From NCBI RefSeq assembly GCF_000039765.1, contig NC_004460.2, forward strand, positions 480,001 through 512,000: a stretch of DNA of 32,000 nt. The letters are read 5' to 3'. A model generated the notes under the pieces. The model was not told the origin of the DNA. It was given only the letters and a program-made list of their open reading frames with translations, and did no database searches. The translations under genes were made by a program, and so were the position numbers. This DNA is from Vibrio vulnificus CMCP6. GTDB taxonomy: Bacteria; Pseudomonadota; Gammaproteobacteria; Enterobacterales; Vibrionaceae. Shown here in pieces: positions 17,183 through 25,534 of this stretch (its first letter is position 1; each line of letters begins with the position of its first letter).

Positions 17183-18061
17183 TCTGGTAAGCCACCAACA
17201 TGTCAGCGAGCCAATGGTTACCATAGCGACGCCCTGCCAAAATGTGCTGGGCAAACTCACGGCAAGAATCATCGAAGAGAATAAAGAAGAAAGAATTGGC
17301 GTAAAGTAAGACATTGTCGCAAGCAGAACCATATTCCCGCCAACGATCGCGACATTCCACAACGCATATCCTCCCGCCATCAATGCCGAGGCAACAAACA
17401 GAATCCCCACACCTTGCCACCCAAAATGCAACGAGGGAACAGAATCAGAGAGCCACCATTTCACCCATAAGGTCATTGCCGTGGCGATAAAAAACAGCGT
17501 GATTGCGTTATGTTTGCAGCGCGCTCTTTGCGTCACATTGCAATAAATAGCCCAGATGATTGCGCCAGCAAAAGCCATGATAAACACCAAAGGATTGGCC
17601 ATCACATTCGCCTGAATCATTGTCAGTGATACACCATCATCACCACTGACCGTCCAAGCTACACCAACAAAGGCCAGTAGAACCGCTGGATAAAGCCACA
17701 AACTGGTTTTCTTGGCGCTCCCCCACACCGCAAACAACACTGTCAAAGCTGGCCAAAGATAATTGACGATTGAAACTTGAATAGATTGCATTCGACTATC
17801 GGCATAACCCAACGCCAGTGCTAGGAGAATTTCATAGCTGACAAACAAGGCACCACCAACCAAAAGGTAGCGTTTGGGAAAATAACTCAACTTTGGAATG
17901 CCAAGTACCATCACCAACAAAATTGCACTCAAGCTGTAGAGAAGAGCCGCCCCACCCAACGGGCCAAAATATTCCGCAACCATACGCGTCATGGCCAGTA
18001 AACAGCTCCAAAATAAAATGGCGAGCAAACCAAATAAGGTGTATCGATGGGTTGTTGTCAT
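17165..18061 (-). CDS. yddG: DMT-superfamily (EamA) transporter, YddG-like aromatic amino acid exporter
   Basis: 298 aa with ten hydrophobic segments. The N-terminal YTLFGLLAILFWSCLLAMTRMVAEYFGPLGGAALLYS closely follows the YddG N-terminal pattern as I remember it. Confidence 0.65.
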   Translation of the reverse strand: MTTTHRYTLFGLLAILFWSCLLAMTRMVAEYFGPLGGAALLYSLSAILLVMVLGIPKLSYFPKRYLLVGGALFVSYEILLALALGYADSRMQSIQVSIVNYLWPALTVLFAVWGSAKKTSLWLYPAVLLAFVGVAWTVSGDDGVSLTMIQANVMANPLVFIMAFAGAIIWAIYCNVTQRARCKHNAITLFFIATAMTLWVKWWLSDSVPSLHFGWQGVGILFVASALMAGGYALWNVAIVGGNMVLLATMSYFTPILSSLFSSMILAVSLPSTFWQGVAMVTIGSLTCWWLTRNKNAV

Positions 18062-18187
18062 TATCTGTGATCCCTAGCTCAGCAACGGCATATCAAACGA
18101 AGAGCTTACTGCAAAACTGACCTAGTTCAAAAACAAACACCACCAAACTCGATATAAACAAAGCGATCCCGTCAGTTAGGAGTTACT

Positions 18188-18349
18188 ATGAAACGTTTTC
18201 TTCCGTCTAGCGTCATGCTTACCCCCTTCGTTGTCCGTTATTACCAAGAAGAAGAGCCAGAGCATCAAGAACAAGAAACCTCTCTTCAGCACAGTGACGA
18301 GCCTCGCCAAGAAATCGAGCATGAAAGTCTCAAAGTCGACATTGAATAG
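18188..18349 (+). CDS. Candidate small acidic protein (53 aa), not in the ORF track
   Basis: ATG at 18188 with an AGGAG SD (18178-18182) 5 nt upstream; stop TAG at 18347-18349. Product: MKRFLPSSVMLTPFVVRYYQEEEPEHQEQETSLQHSDEPRQEIEHESLKVDIE. It lies on the same strand as elbB, 88 nt upstream of it. No homology evidence is available to me. Confidence 0.3.
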   Translation: MKRFLPSSVMLTPFVVRYYQEEEPEHQEQETSLQHSDEPRQEIEHESLKVDIE

Positions 18350-18437
18350 CCGCACAGAATCGGTATCGCTCTTTTCCACTCACAGGCAAAGTTGGTTAAG
18401 CTGAGTAAACGGAATTCCGTCAAAAGGAAGGTAAGAA

Positions 18438-19088
18438 ATGAAAAAAGTAGCGGTGATACTCAGTGGTTGTGGTGTGTTTGATGGCAGCGAAATTCACGAG
18501 GCGGTTCTAGCCCTCTATGCGATTGAGAAAGCAGGTGCAAGTTGGCATTGTTATGCGCCAAACATCGAACAACTGCATGTGATCAATCATAAAACCGGTG
18601 AAGAGATGGATGAATCCAGAAACGTTTTGGTAGAGTCTGCCCGCATCGCACGTGGCAATATTGATGATGTCAGTAAACTAAAGGTCGACGATTACGATGC
18701 GCTGCTTTTGCCGGGCGGATTTGGCGCTGCAAAGAACTTAACCAATTTCGCGATTTCTGGCGCAGAATGCCAAGTAAATGAAAGTGTCGCCAAAGCCTGT
18801 CGCGACTTTGCCCAAGCGGGCAAGCCTGCGGGTTATCTGTGCATTGCACCAACCATTATCCCTATGGTCTACGCTTCGGGCGTTGAAGGGACCATTGGCA
18901 GCGATGTCGCAACCGCGGCGGCATTTAATCAAATGGGAGGTAAGCACGTTGAGTGCTCAGTCGAAGAGATGCATTTCGACTCACAACATAAGGTACTCTC
19001 TACCCCAGCTTATATGCTTGCAGGTTCCATTGTCGAAGCCGCATCAGGGATCGAGAAACTGGTTAACAAACTGGTCGAAATCGCCTAA
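18438..19088 (+). CDS. elbB: ElbB (DJ-1/PfpI-like glyoxalase, 'enhancing lycopene biosynthesis' protein)
   Basis: 216 aa. The sequences MKKVAVILSGCGVFDGSEIHEAVLAL and DALLLPGGFGAAKNL match the ElbB pattern. A strong AAGGAAGG SD is present. Confidence 0.85.
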   Translation: MKKVAVILSGCGVFDGSEIHEAVLALYAIEKAGASWHCYAPNIEQLHVINHKTGEEMDESRNVLVESARIARGNIDDVSKLKVDDYDALLLPGGFGAAKNLTNFAISGAECQVNESVAKACRDFAQAGKPAGYLCIAPTIIPMVYASGVEGTIGSDVATAAAFNQMGGKHVECSVEEMHFDSQHKVLSTPAYMLAGSIVEAASGIEKLVNKLVEIA

Positions 19089-19108
19089 ATAACCATCTCG
19101 TGATTTAA

Positions 19109-20089
19109 CTACTCAATTCCCTCCCAGCCTTTGGGGGGGAGTAAATTCCAGCGGCGCATTTCCGAATCACTGTAAAGGGGCCTTCCCTGATTACCGATTT
19201 GGATGGGAATCGCATCAGCCGATTGACCATCAATCAGTTGATTGATAATTCGACCAACATGTCGACCTTGTACTTCACCAAACAGCAGTACGCCACCTGC
19301 TGTTTTTCCTTTGCCAACCGAAAAGTCCCAAAAACCAAACAAAGGCACTTCCGAATGTTGATTGGTCCAAAATAAGATCTCATCAGAAGGAACACTTTTC
19401 CCCTTATCATCCACAAGCGTGTGATACAGCCCGACTAAAATCGCGTCGACGTTTTCCTCTTTCGCTCGTCTTACCGTCTCTTGCCAATGAGCCTGAGTAT
19501 CGACAAGATGAATCGCCACTTCGACCCCCAGACTCTTTTTAATCATCTGATATTGGCTTTCAATATATTCCCCTGCAATGGCAGAGGTCACGCCAGAGTC
19601 AAACAGCACCCAAATTTTCAATGGTGAGCGACCGAGGATCCGCTTGATTTCCCCAACGTTTTTCACAAACAGAGGCAACTCTAAAATGCCGGTCACTTTG
19701 GCTTGTCCGGGATAGTCCGCAAACAGCTTACGAGGGTTGGAATTAATACCAAGAAACACCATGGAAATGGGTTCATCATACAGATACGGATAGAGATAGC
19801 TCAGCGCATTATCGTCACCCAGCACAACAATATCTGGCTTCATTGCCTGGTACTTCGCAAACGCTTTTTCCGCCATTGCGGCGTATTGCTCTTTGGGGAC
19901 CCGCTTAGTGTTCATTTCAACAGTGGCTATCTGAGCGCGCTCACCGACCTCTTGCCGAATCCCATACAAATAGCTTTCATCCCACTCATACTGAGCATGG
20001 TAGCTCTCAATGATCAGCACTTTTGCGCTGTAAGCGAAAGAAGAAACAAAGATCCAACTCAGTATTATCAACGCTAAAACGGCTCTCAT
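19109..20089 (-). CDS. Secreted periplasmic binding protein ('ABC transporter substrate-binding' fold, no transporter partner nearby)
   Basis: 326 aa with a signal peptide (MRAVLALIILSWIFVSSFAYS|AK). The mature N-terminus KVLIIESYHAQYEWDESY is typical of the ABC_sub_bind type binding proteins often linked to sensor proteins. There is a GAGAGG SD. No permease or ATPase genes are adjacent. Confidence 0.7.
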   Translation of the reverse strand: MRAVLALIILSWIFVSSFAYSAKVLIIESYHAQYEWDESYLYGIRQEVGERAQIATVEMNTKRVPKEQYAAMAEKAFAKYQAMKPDIVVLGDDNALSYLYPYLYDEPISMVFLGINSNPRKLFADYPGQAKVTGILELPLFVKNVGEIKRILGRSPLKIWVLFDSGVTSAIAGEYIESQYQMIKKSLGVEVAIHLVDTQAHWQETVRRAKEENVDAILVGLYHTLVDDKGKSVPSDEILFWTNQHSEVPLFGFWDFSVGKGKTAGGVLLFGEVQGRHVGRIINQLIDGQSADAIPIQIGNQGRPLYSDSEMRRWNLLPPKGWEGIE

Positions 20090-20166
20090 GTGGCTGCCTC
20101 TCTATGACGTCATGAACTGAGTGTAGTCAAACTCCGTGAATTACGCTTATTTCAATCGAGTTCAGC

Positions 20167-22164
20167 ATGGGTGTCTATAATGAAGCTATTAGGACCAAGA
20201 AAAGCTGGGATGCTATGAGCCGTAAACACAATTATGAAGAAAGTATCAATAATCCGCTGTTTAGCCGAATTGGCCGGCGAATCATTCTCATCATGATATT
20301 GTTGAGTGGTCTTTTTACTTTGTTTACCACCCTGCTCCAGCTCTACTGGGACTACGACAAAGAGTTTAATGATGTTGAACAACGTCACTACGAAATTCAA
20401 AACGTCCATGCAGGGCTCCTGTCGGCGTCTTTGTGGTCATTCGATTTGGTGCTCTTGCAAGAACGGCTCGATGGTTTAGTGAACCTACCGAAAATTGACT
20501 ACCTTGAAATCAAATCGGGAGACTACACTTTCAGCGCAGGAGAACGTGTAGAACAAGGCGCCATTGCCGATACCTACCCACTGACCTACTACAACGCCAT
20601 GGACGGCAATATGGAAACCATAGGTACCATCTATGTTGAATCCGACGCGCAAGAGATTTATCACTATTTGCTGAAACAGTTCCTCGTGACCCTCACACTC
20701 AACGCGTTAAAAACAGCCTTTGTTTGCTACATTATATTGATGATCTTTCACGCCAGCGTGAACCGTCGGATCTTCGAAATCGCTCAGTATCTGCGGCGTT
20801 ACAATCCGCGTCATCCGTCTGATCCACTTCAACTTGCGCATTACCAATGGATCATGGAAAACGATGACGAGCTCGATTGGTTAGGTGAAGAAACCAACCG
20901 CATCACTGGCAATGTCACCACCTTGTATCGCAATATCAAACAGGAACAGGAGCGGCTGGCGGATTTCACCCACGTCTCTTCAGATTGGTTATGGGAAACC
21001 GACGAACTGGGCAGGCTGATATATTGTTCAGAAGCCATGATGGAACAGTTGGGTATCGAACCTTTAGAAAAGCCGTTACTGATTGAAATTGAAGCCTTAT
21101 CTGATGCCAAAAATCTCACCAGTTACATGCTTAAGCGTAACGACTTTGCCATGTGTGAAGAGAGCATCACCTTAAACTGCATTACTTACCATCTTCTTTT
21201 TCAAGCCATAGCGAAATATGAAGAGAACAAATTTCTCGGTTTTCGTGGTACCACGATTAATATTACAGACCTCAAACTCACACAGATCGAACTGCAACAA
21301 CTCAACCAAAACCTTGAGCATGAAGTGGCGGTAAGAACCCTCGACTTAAAGCAAAGCATGGAACAGCTCAAAGCCACGCAAGAACAGCTAGTGGAATCAG
21401 AAAAACTGGCAGCATTGGGCGGGCTTGTTGCTGGTGTTGCACACGAAGTCAACACCCCACTTGGTATCGCCGTGACCGCCTCTTCGATTATTCGAGATGC
21501 CTCTATTGAGCTCAATCAAGCCTTTTCCAATCAAACCTTAACCAGCGCACAATTTGCCGACGTGATGCAGAGAATTTCTGACAGCAGCCAAATGCTGGAA
21601 AACAACCTTAACCGTGCAGCAAAACTGATCCGAGATTTCAAACAAACGGCGGTCGATCAAATCTCCGAAAGCCGCAGCGAGTTCAATGTCAAACAAGTGC
21701 TTGATGCGTTAATTGCCAGCCTGCATCCCGAAACACGCAAGGTGCCTGTGGCTCCCGTCGTGGATTCGCCAGAGGATGTGGTCATGAACAGTTTGCCCGG
21801 TGTTCTCACTCAAATCGTCTCTAATCTTGTCCTCAACAGTGTCAATCACGCCTTCGGTACTCAGCCAAACCCCGAGATTCTTGTCCGCATTTCTGAACAA
21901 GAACAAAACGTCATATTGGAATATCAAGACAACGGCTCCGGCGTTGACGAATCTCTACATCAAAAGATTTTCGAGCCGTTTTATACCAGTAAACGAGGAA
22001 AAGGTGGTTCTGGATTAGGCTTAAATCTGGTGTTTAATTTAGTCAAACAAAAGCTCAAAGGTGATCTCTCTTTTCATTCAGAGCCAAACCAAGGCGTGCA
22101 TTTTGTAATTACACTGCCCAAAGAACTGCCAATGCAAATAGAGCTTGCTCAAAAAAGTGCCTGA
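20167..22164 (+). CDS. Sensor histidine kinase (2 TM, periplasmic loop domain, PAS, HisKA, HATPase)
   Basis: The H-box is AHEVNTPLG. The PAS opening is SSDWLWETDELGRLIY. The N-box is NLVLNSVNHAF, with G-boxes DNGSGVD and GGSGLGL. Two hydrophobic helices flank a ~110-aa loop. The start is ambiguous (ATG 20167 or ATG 20215). Confidence 0.9.
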   Translation: MGVYNEAIRTKKSWDAMSRKHNYEESINNPLFSRIGRRIILIMILLSGLFTLFTTLLQLYWDYDKEFNDVEQRHYEIQNVHAGLLSASLWSFDLVLLQERLDGLVNLPKIDYLEIKSGDYTFSAGERVEQGAIADTYPLTYYNAMDGNMETIGTIYVESDAQEIYHYLLKQFLVTLTLNALKTAFVCYIILMIFHASVNRRIFEIAQYLRRYNPRHPSDPLQLAHYQWIMENDDELDWLGEETNRITGNVTTLYRNIKQEQERLADFTHVSSDWLWETDELGRLIYCSEAMMEQLGIEPLEKPLLIEIEALSDAKNLTSYMLKRNDFAMCEESITLNCITYHLLFQAIAKYEENKFLGFRGTTINITDLKLTQIELQQLNQNLEHEVAVRTLDLKQSMEQLKATQEQLVESEKLAALGGLVAGVAHEVNTPLGIAVTASSIIRDASIELNQAFSNQTLTSAQFADVMQRISDSSQMLENNLNRAAKLIRDFKQTAVDQISESRSEFNVKQVLDALIASLHPETRKVPVAPVVDSPEDVVMNSLPGVLTQIVSNLVLNSVNHAFGTQPNPEILVRISEQEQNVILEYQDNGSGVDESLHQKIFEPFYTSKRGKGGSGLGLNLVFNLVKQKLKGDLSFHSEPNQGVHFVITLPKELPMQIELAQKSA

Positions 22165-22175
22165 TTCCACGACAA

Positions 22176-22203
22176 GAACCCCGTGCTAAATAGCACGGGG
22201 TTC
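22176..22203. terminator. Strong hairpin between the convergent kinase and HD-GYP genes
   Basis: Perfect 12-bp stem pairing GAACCCCGTGCT (22176-22187) with AGCACGGGGTTC (22192-22203), loop AAAT. The U-tract is poor on the plus strand and only moderate on the minus strand, so terminator function is likely but not certain. Confidence 0.5.
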
Positions 22204-22253
22204 GCAGAAAAAAGCAAGAGCTGAGAAATAAAAAAGGATAACCAAAGGACTCG

Positions 22254-23795
22254 CTAGTCAGGATGCTGAATACGAATATCGATAAACGCTTGCCAATTTT
22301 CCAACAACAAATCCACTAATCGGGGATCGAAATGTTTGCCTTTTTGCGCTTCGATTTCTTGGCGAATTTGTTCATCAGACCACGGTTCTTTGTAGCTGCG
22401 TTTTGCCCCTAACGCATCAAACACATCCGCCAAGCCCGTAATTCGGCCACTGATCGGGATCGCCTCTCCTTGCAACCCCATCGGATACCCTGAACCATCC
22501 CACTTTTCGTGATGCGTCCCAGCGATTTCTTTTGCAATGGCGAAGAGGCGTCGTTTGGATTTACTCAAGATGTTGACGCCATATTCGACGTGCTTTTTCA
22601 TGATTTCCCACTCTTGTGCATCCAGCTTACCGGGCTTATGAAGAATGTTGTCAGGAATCGCGACTTTGCCCACATCATGCAACGGTGAAGCGTGCTTGAT
22701 CAAATTGACTTCAAAATCACTGAGTCCGTACAACTGCGCCAGTTTCTCTGAAATCAACGAAACGCGTTGTACGTGCGCGCCGGTTTCTTTGCTGCGTGCT
22801 TCCACCGCATTGGCCAAGTTGTAGACCAGCTCCTTGGAGGTCTCTCGGACATCAAGCAACAAATTAAGATTTTCAAAGGTAAGCCCAATATTTTGCATGT
22901 AGATTTCAAGCAGTTGCCGATCTAACTCAGACAACTGCTTATTGAGATTCACATAGAGTAAGTTGTCCACGCCCTGCTCATCATGGCTATACAACACAAA
23001 CGCATCACCAAAGTGCGTGGTTTGATGGCTCTCCAACACTTGCTGACATCGCTCTGCCACCAGCTCTGGCAGTTTTTCAAACGCACACTCTGAATAGAGA
23101 TCAACATAAGAACCCGTCGCTGCCAGCGTCATGGCTCGGCAAACCTCGCCGTTAGGGTCGGGCTTAACAATGCAATAAAAAGCGGATTTTTCTAACTTGA
23201 GCAATGAAGTGAGCTGCTCTAACACGGCTGAAGCGTAGTGCTGCAGAGAGGTGGTATTTTGTACATAGGCAGAGGCTTGAATCACCTTACTCAAACCTTC
23301 TTTCTGTTCTTCTATCAAACAAAGGTCGCGATAAGCGCGCAACATGGAATAGAGAACGGTTTTCAACTTTTGCGTGGTGAGCTCAGTTTTCTCTTTATAG
23401 TCATCAATCTCATATTCCTTGATGACGATATCTTCTGGAGCCTGCCCTGCTTGCCCCGTCCTGAGCACGAGACGAATCAAGCGGTTCTTCATTTGCTCGC
23501 GAATGAACTTAACCAACTCAAGGCCCGCATGCTCGGTTTCCATCACCACATCGACAAACGCAACGGCAATATCCGTCTGCTGCTGCAAAATCTGCCGAGC
23601 CTCTTGCCCTGATAGCGCGGAGATGAGCTCCAACTTTCTTTCTTGGAATTGAAAACCACTCAGTGCTAATCGAGTGACTTGATGCATTTGTTCATCATCA
23701 TCCACCAGCAAAACTTTCCATGGCTTACATAGGCGAAGGCTCTGTGTAGGCTCTTGAGGTTGATTTTCTGCACGATGGTCTGCAAACAAGTCCAT
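22254..23795 (-). CDS. Response regulator with REC, a GAF-like middle domain (DUF3369-type) and an HD-GYP phosphodiesterase domain
   Basis: REC motifs VLLVDDDE and FVDVVM are present. HD-GYP motifs are present: HDVGK and HHEKWDGSGYP. The protein is 513 aa. Confidence 0.9.
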   Translation of the reverse strand: MDLFADHRAENQPQEPTQSLRLCKPWKVLLVDDDEQMHQVTRLALSGFQFQERKLELISALSGQEARQILQQQTDIAVAFVDVVMETEHAGLELVKFIREQMKNRLIRLVLRTGQAGQAPEDIVIKEYEIDDYKEKTELTTQKLKTVLYSMLRAYRDLCLIEEQKEGLSKVIQASAYVQNTTSLQHYASAVLEQLTSLLKLEKSAFYCIVKPDPNGEVCRAMTLAATGSYVDLYSECAFEKLPELVAERCQQVLESHQTTHFGDAFVLYSHDEQGVDNLLYVNLNKQLSELDRQLLEIYMQNIGLTFENLNLLLDVRETSKELVYNLANAVEARSKETGAHVQRVSLISEKLAQLYGLSDFEVNLIKHASPLHDVGKVAIPDNILHKPGKLDAQEWEIMKKHVEYGVNILSKSKRRLFAIAKEIAGTHHEKWDGSGYPMGLQGEAIPISGRITGLADVFDALGAKRSYKEPWSDEQIRQEIEAQKGKHFDPRLVDLLLENWQAFIDIRIQHPD

Positions 23796-23890
23796 TTGTC
23801 ACCCTCTCCATTTTTGTTACTCACACTCTAGGTTTAGCACAAATTCAACGGAGAAAGAGGAGCAAAAGCACAAAAACAGCATGATGAGTT

Positions 23891-24211
23891 TCAATCGCTT
23901 AGCGTTTCTTCAAAAATGCCAAGTTCTTTGCCTAACCAGTGAGCACGTTCAGTGTGGTCGAGTAAATGCTCGTCACTGACCGGATGAATCAATACGGATA
24001 GATCGCCGCGATGTGCATCCAACCATTCAATCAAACCGTGTTGATTATCACGAAAGTGCAGCTCAAACATCGGCATCTTATGCGGGCCAACAAGACGATC
24101 GACCAGCGGAAATATTGCTGTGACATCTTGGCGTTCATTGCGGATCTGCTGGTGAATCTTCAACGCATCTTGGCGACGAATCAAAGGGTAATAAACATGG
24201 GCGTGAAACAT
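23891..24211 (-). CDS. DOPA 4,5-dioxygenase family protein (small bacterial type)
   Basis: MFHAHVYY...LVGPHKMPMFELHF...VLIHP fits the ~105-aa bacterial DOPA_dioxygen family as I recall it. The ORF is open to 24274; I prefer ATG 24209-24211, which is the conserved family N-terminus. Confidence 0.55.
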   Translation of the reverse strand: MFHAHVYYPLIRRQDALKIHQQIRNERQDVTAIFPLVDRLVGPHKMPMFELHFRDNQHGLIEWLDAHRGDLSVLIHPVSDEHLLDHTERAHWLGKELGIFEETLSD

Positions 24212-24378
24212 ACAGAGTAACCTTTTTGAAATAATTTGTTTCATTCTAGCGGTTTGTTGAGCGTTTCCAATCAACAGATATCGATAGAGTCTATCAAAAA
24301 AATCGAAGATCCCGATGAAAAAGCCTCTTTTGTCACATTGCTGAGGCGAAAAACAGGTGCTAGACTTTCGGCGATCAA

Positions 24379-24490
24379 CGCTTCATATAATCCTAATGAT
24401 ATGGTTTGGGAGTTTCTACCAAGAGCCTTAAACTCTTGATTATGAAGTCTGTCGCTTTATCCGAAATTTTATAAAGAGAAGACTCATGAA
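24379..24490 (+). promoter_or_regulatory. Adenine-sensing purine riboswitch (add A-riboswitch, translational ON switch)
   Basis: The sequence CGCTTCATATAATCCTAATGATATGGTTTGGGAGTTTCTACCAAGAGCCTTAAACTCTTGATTATGAAGTC, plus the platform ...CTTTATCCGAAATTTTATAAAGAGAAGACTCATG, matches the V. vulnificus add riboswitch as I remember it. P1 pairs 24381-24387 with 24441-24447. P2/L2 is TCCTAAT-GATATGG-TTTGGGA. P3/L3 is CAAGAG-CCTTAAA-CTCTTG. The discriminator is U (24440), not C, indicating adenine. The platform contains the add SD and the ATG at 24486. A possible sigma70 promoter is TTGCTG (24338-24343), 17 nt, TAGACT (24361-24366). Confidence 0.93.
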
Positions 24491-25481
24491 TTACTTTGAC
24501 CTGCCGAAGATCGATTTGCACTGCCACCTAGATGGTAGCGTACGCCCGCAGACCATTATTGACCTTGCTGACGAACAGAACCTCACTTTGCCATCACGTG
24601 ACATTAACGTGATCAAAGAGATGATGGTTGCACCAGAAACTTGCCCAAATTTGGATGAGTATCTGAAACGCTTTGAGTTGCCAGGTATGGTCATGCAAAC
24701 GGCAGAAGCGCTAGAGAGAATTTCATTTGAGCTATTCGAAGACGCTGCAAACGAGAACGTCAAATATTTAGAAGTTCGCTTTGGCCCGCTTTTACACCAA
24801 GTAAAAGGCTTAAGCCTTGACGACATCATGGACAGCGTGGTCCGTGGAATGAAACGTGCAGAAGCGCAATACGACATCCACGGTAACTACATTTTGTCTA
24901 TTCTACGCACCATGCCAAAAGACCAAATTAAAGCGGTTTTAGAAGCAGGCGCAAAACACCTTAACGATGGTATTGTGGCTTTTGACCTCGCTGGCTCTGA
25001 AGTTCCTGGATTCTGTCACGAGTTTGTTCCTTACGCACAATACGCAAAAGAATTGGGTTACCGCATCACTATTCACGCAGGTGAGCAAGGTGCAGGACAA
25101 AACGTCTATGACGCGATTTCTTTGCTTGGCGCAGAGCGTGTTGGCCACGGCATCTTCATCCACAACCACCCAGAAGCTTACCAGCTCGTTAAAGGGGAAG
25201 AAGTGGCTCTGGAAACGTGCCCTAGCAGTAACGTTCAGACCAAAGCCGTCAACAGCTTGAGTGAACATCCAATTAAAGCGTTCTACAAAGACGGTATTGC
25301 CGTAACGATCAACACCGACAACCGTACCGTGTCGAACACCACGATGACCGACGAAGTGCGTAAAGTCGTTGAAGCGTTTGAACTGACAGAAGCGGAATAC
25401 TTCGATATCTACACCATCAGTGTCAACAATGCCTTCACCTCTGATGCGGTTAAACAGCATCTATTGAGCTTCGCTCAGTAA
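24486..25481 (+). CDS. add: Adenosine deaminase
   Basis: 331 aa. It contains [11 protein letters not shown] (zinc-binding HxH), HAGE and TINTDN, which are hallmark adenosine deaminase motifs. Confidence 0.95.
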   Translation: MNYFDLPKIDLHCHLDGSVRPQTIIDLADEQNLTLPSRDINVIKEMMVAPETCPNLDEYLKRFELPGMVMQTAEALERISFELFEDAANENVKYLEVRFGPLLHQVKGLSLDDIMDSVVRGMKRAEAQYDIHGNYILSILRTMPKDQIKAVLEAGAKHLNDGIVAFDLAGSEVPGFCHEFVPYAQYAKELGYRITIHAGEQGAGQNVYDAISLLGAERVGHGIFIHNHPEAYQLVKGEEVALETCPSSNVQTKAVNSLSEHPIKAFYKDGIAVTINTDNRTVSNTTMTDEVRKVVEAFELTEAEYFDIYTISVNNAFTSDAVKQHLLSFAQ

Positions 25482-25508
25482 GCGTTAGGCAAACCAATAT
25501 CGATAATG

Positions 25509-25534
25509 CGCCTTCCCAACGGAAGGCGTTTTTC
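25509..25534 (+). terminator. Rho-independent terminator of add
   Basis: The stem pairs CGCCTTCC (25509-25516) with GGAAGGCG (25521-25528), loop CAAC, followed by TTTTT. Confidence 0.75.

Noticed and set aside
18176-18379. 67-aa minus-strand ORF between the DMT gene and elbB
   Set aside because: There is no SD, and it is antisense to a better-supported plus-strand small ORF with an AGGAG SD. It is likely a shadow frame.
20104-20113. Perfect 10-bp palindrome ATGACGTCAT in the binding-protein/kinase divergent spacer
   Set aside because: Perfect 10-bp palindromes are expected about 30 times by chance in 32 kb (32000/4^5). There is no second copy and no known cognate factor, so it is not evidence by itself.
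17165-24274. Possible 'aromatic metabolism theme' linking phhAB, the YddG-like aromatic amino acid exporter and the DOPA-dioxygenase-family gene
   Set aside because: The genes are separated by unrelated units on different strands, each with its own terminator. There is no operon or shared-promoter evidence, and the family calls for two of them are only moderate.
24236-24439. 67-aa plus-strand ORF in the gap upstream of add
   Set aside because: It runs straight through the promoter and aptamer of the adenine riboswitch. It has no SD and a low-complexity product. The region is explained by the riboswitch.
24939-25460. Long antisense ORFs inside well-supported genes: 173 aa in add, 146 aa at 16553-16993 in the CDF gene, 133 aa at 30484-30885 in etfB, 124 aa at 19703-20077 and at 23238-23612, 120 aa at 28217-28579, and the ORFs at 523-853 inside tssL
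   Set aside because: All lie opposite or out of frame to genes with unmistakable family motifs. Their products are low-complexity (Ser/Arg/Cys-rich). These are typical shadow ORFs.
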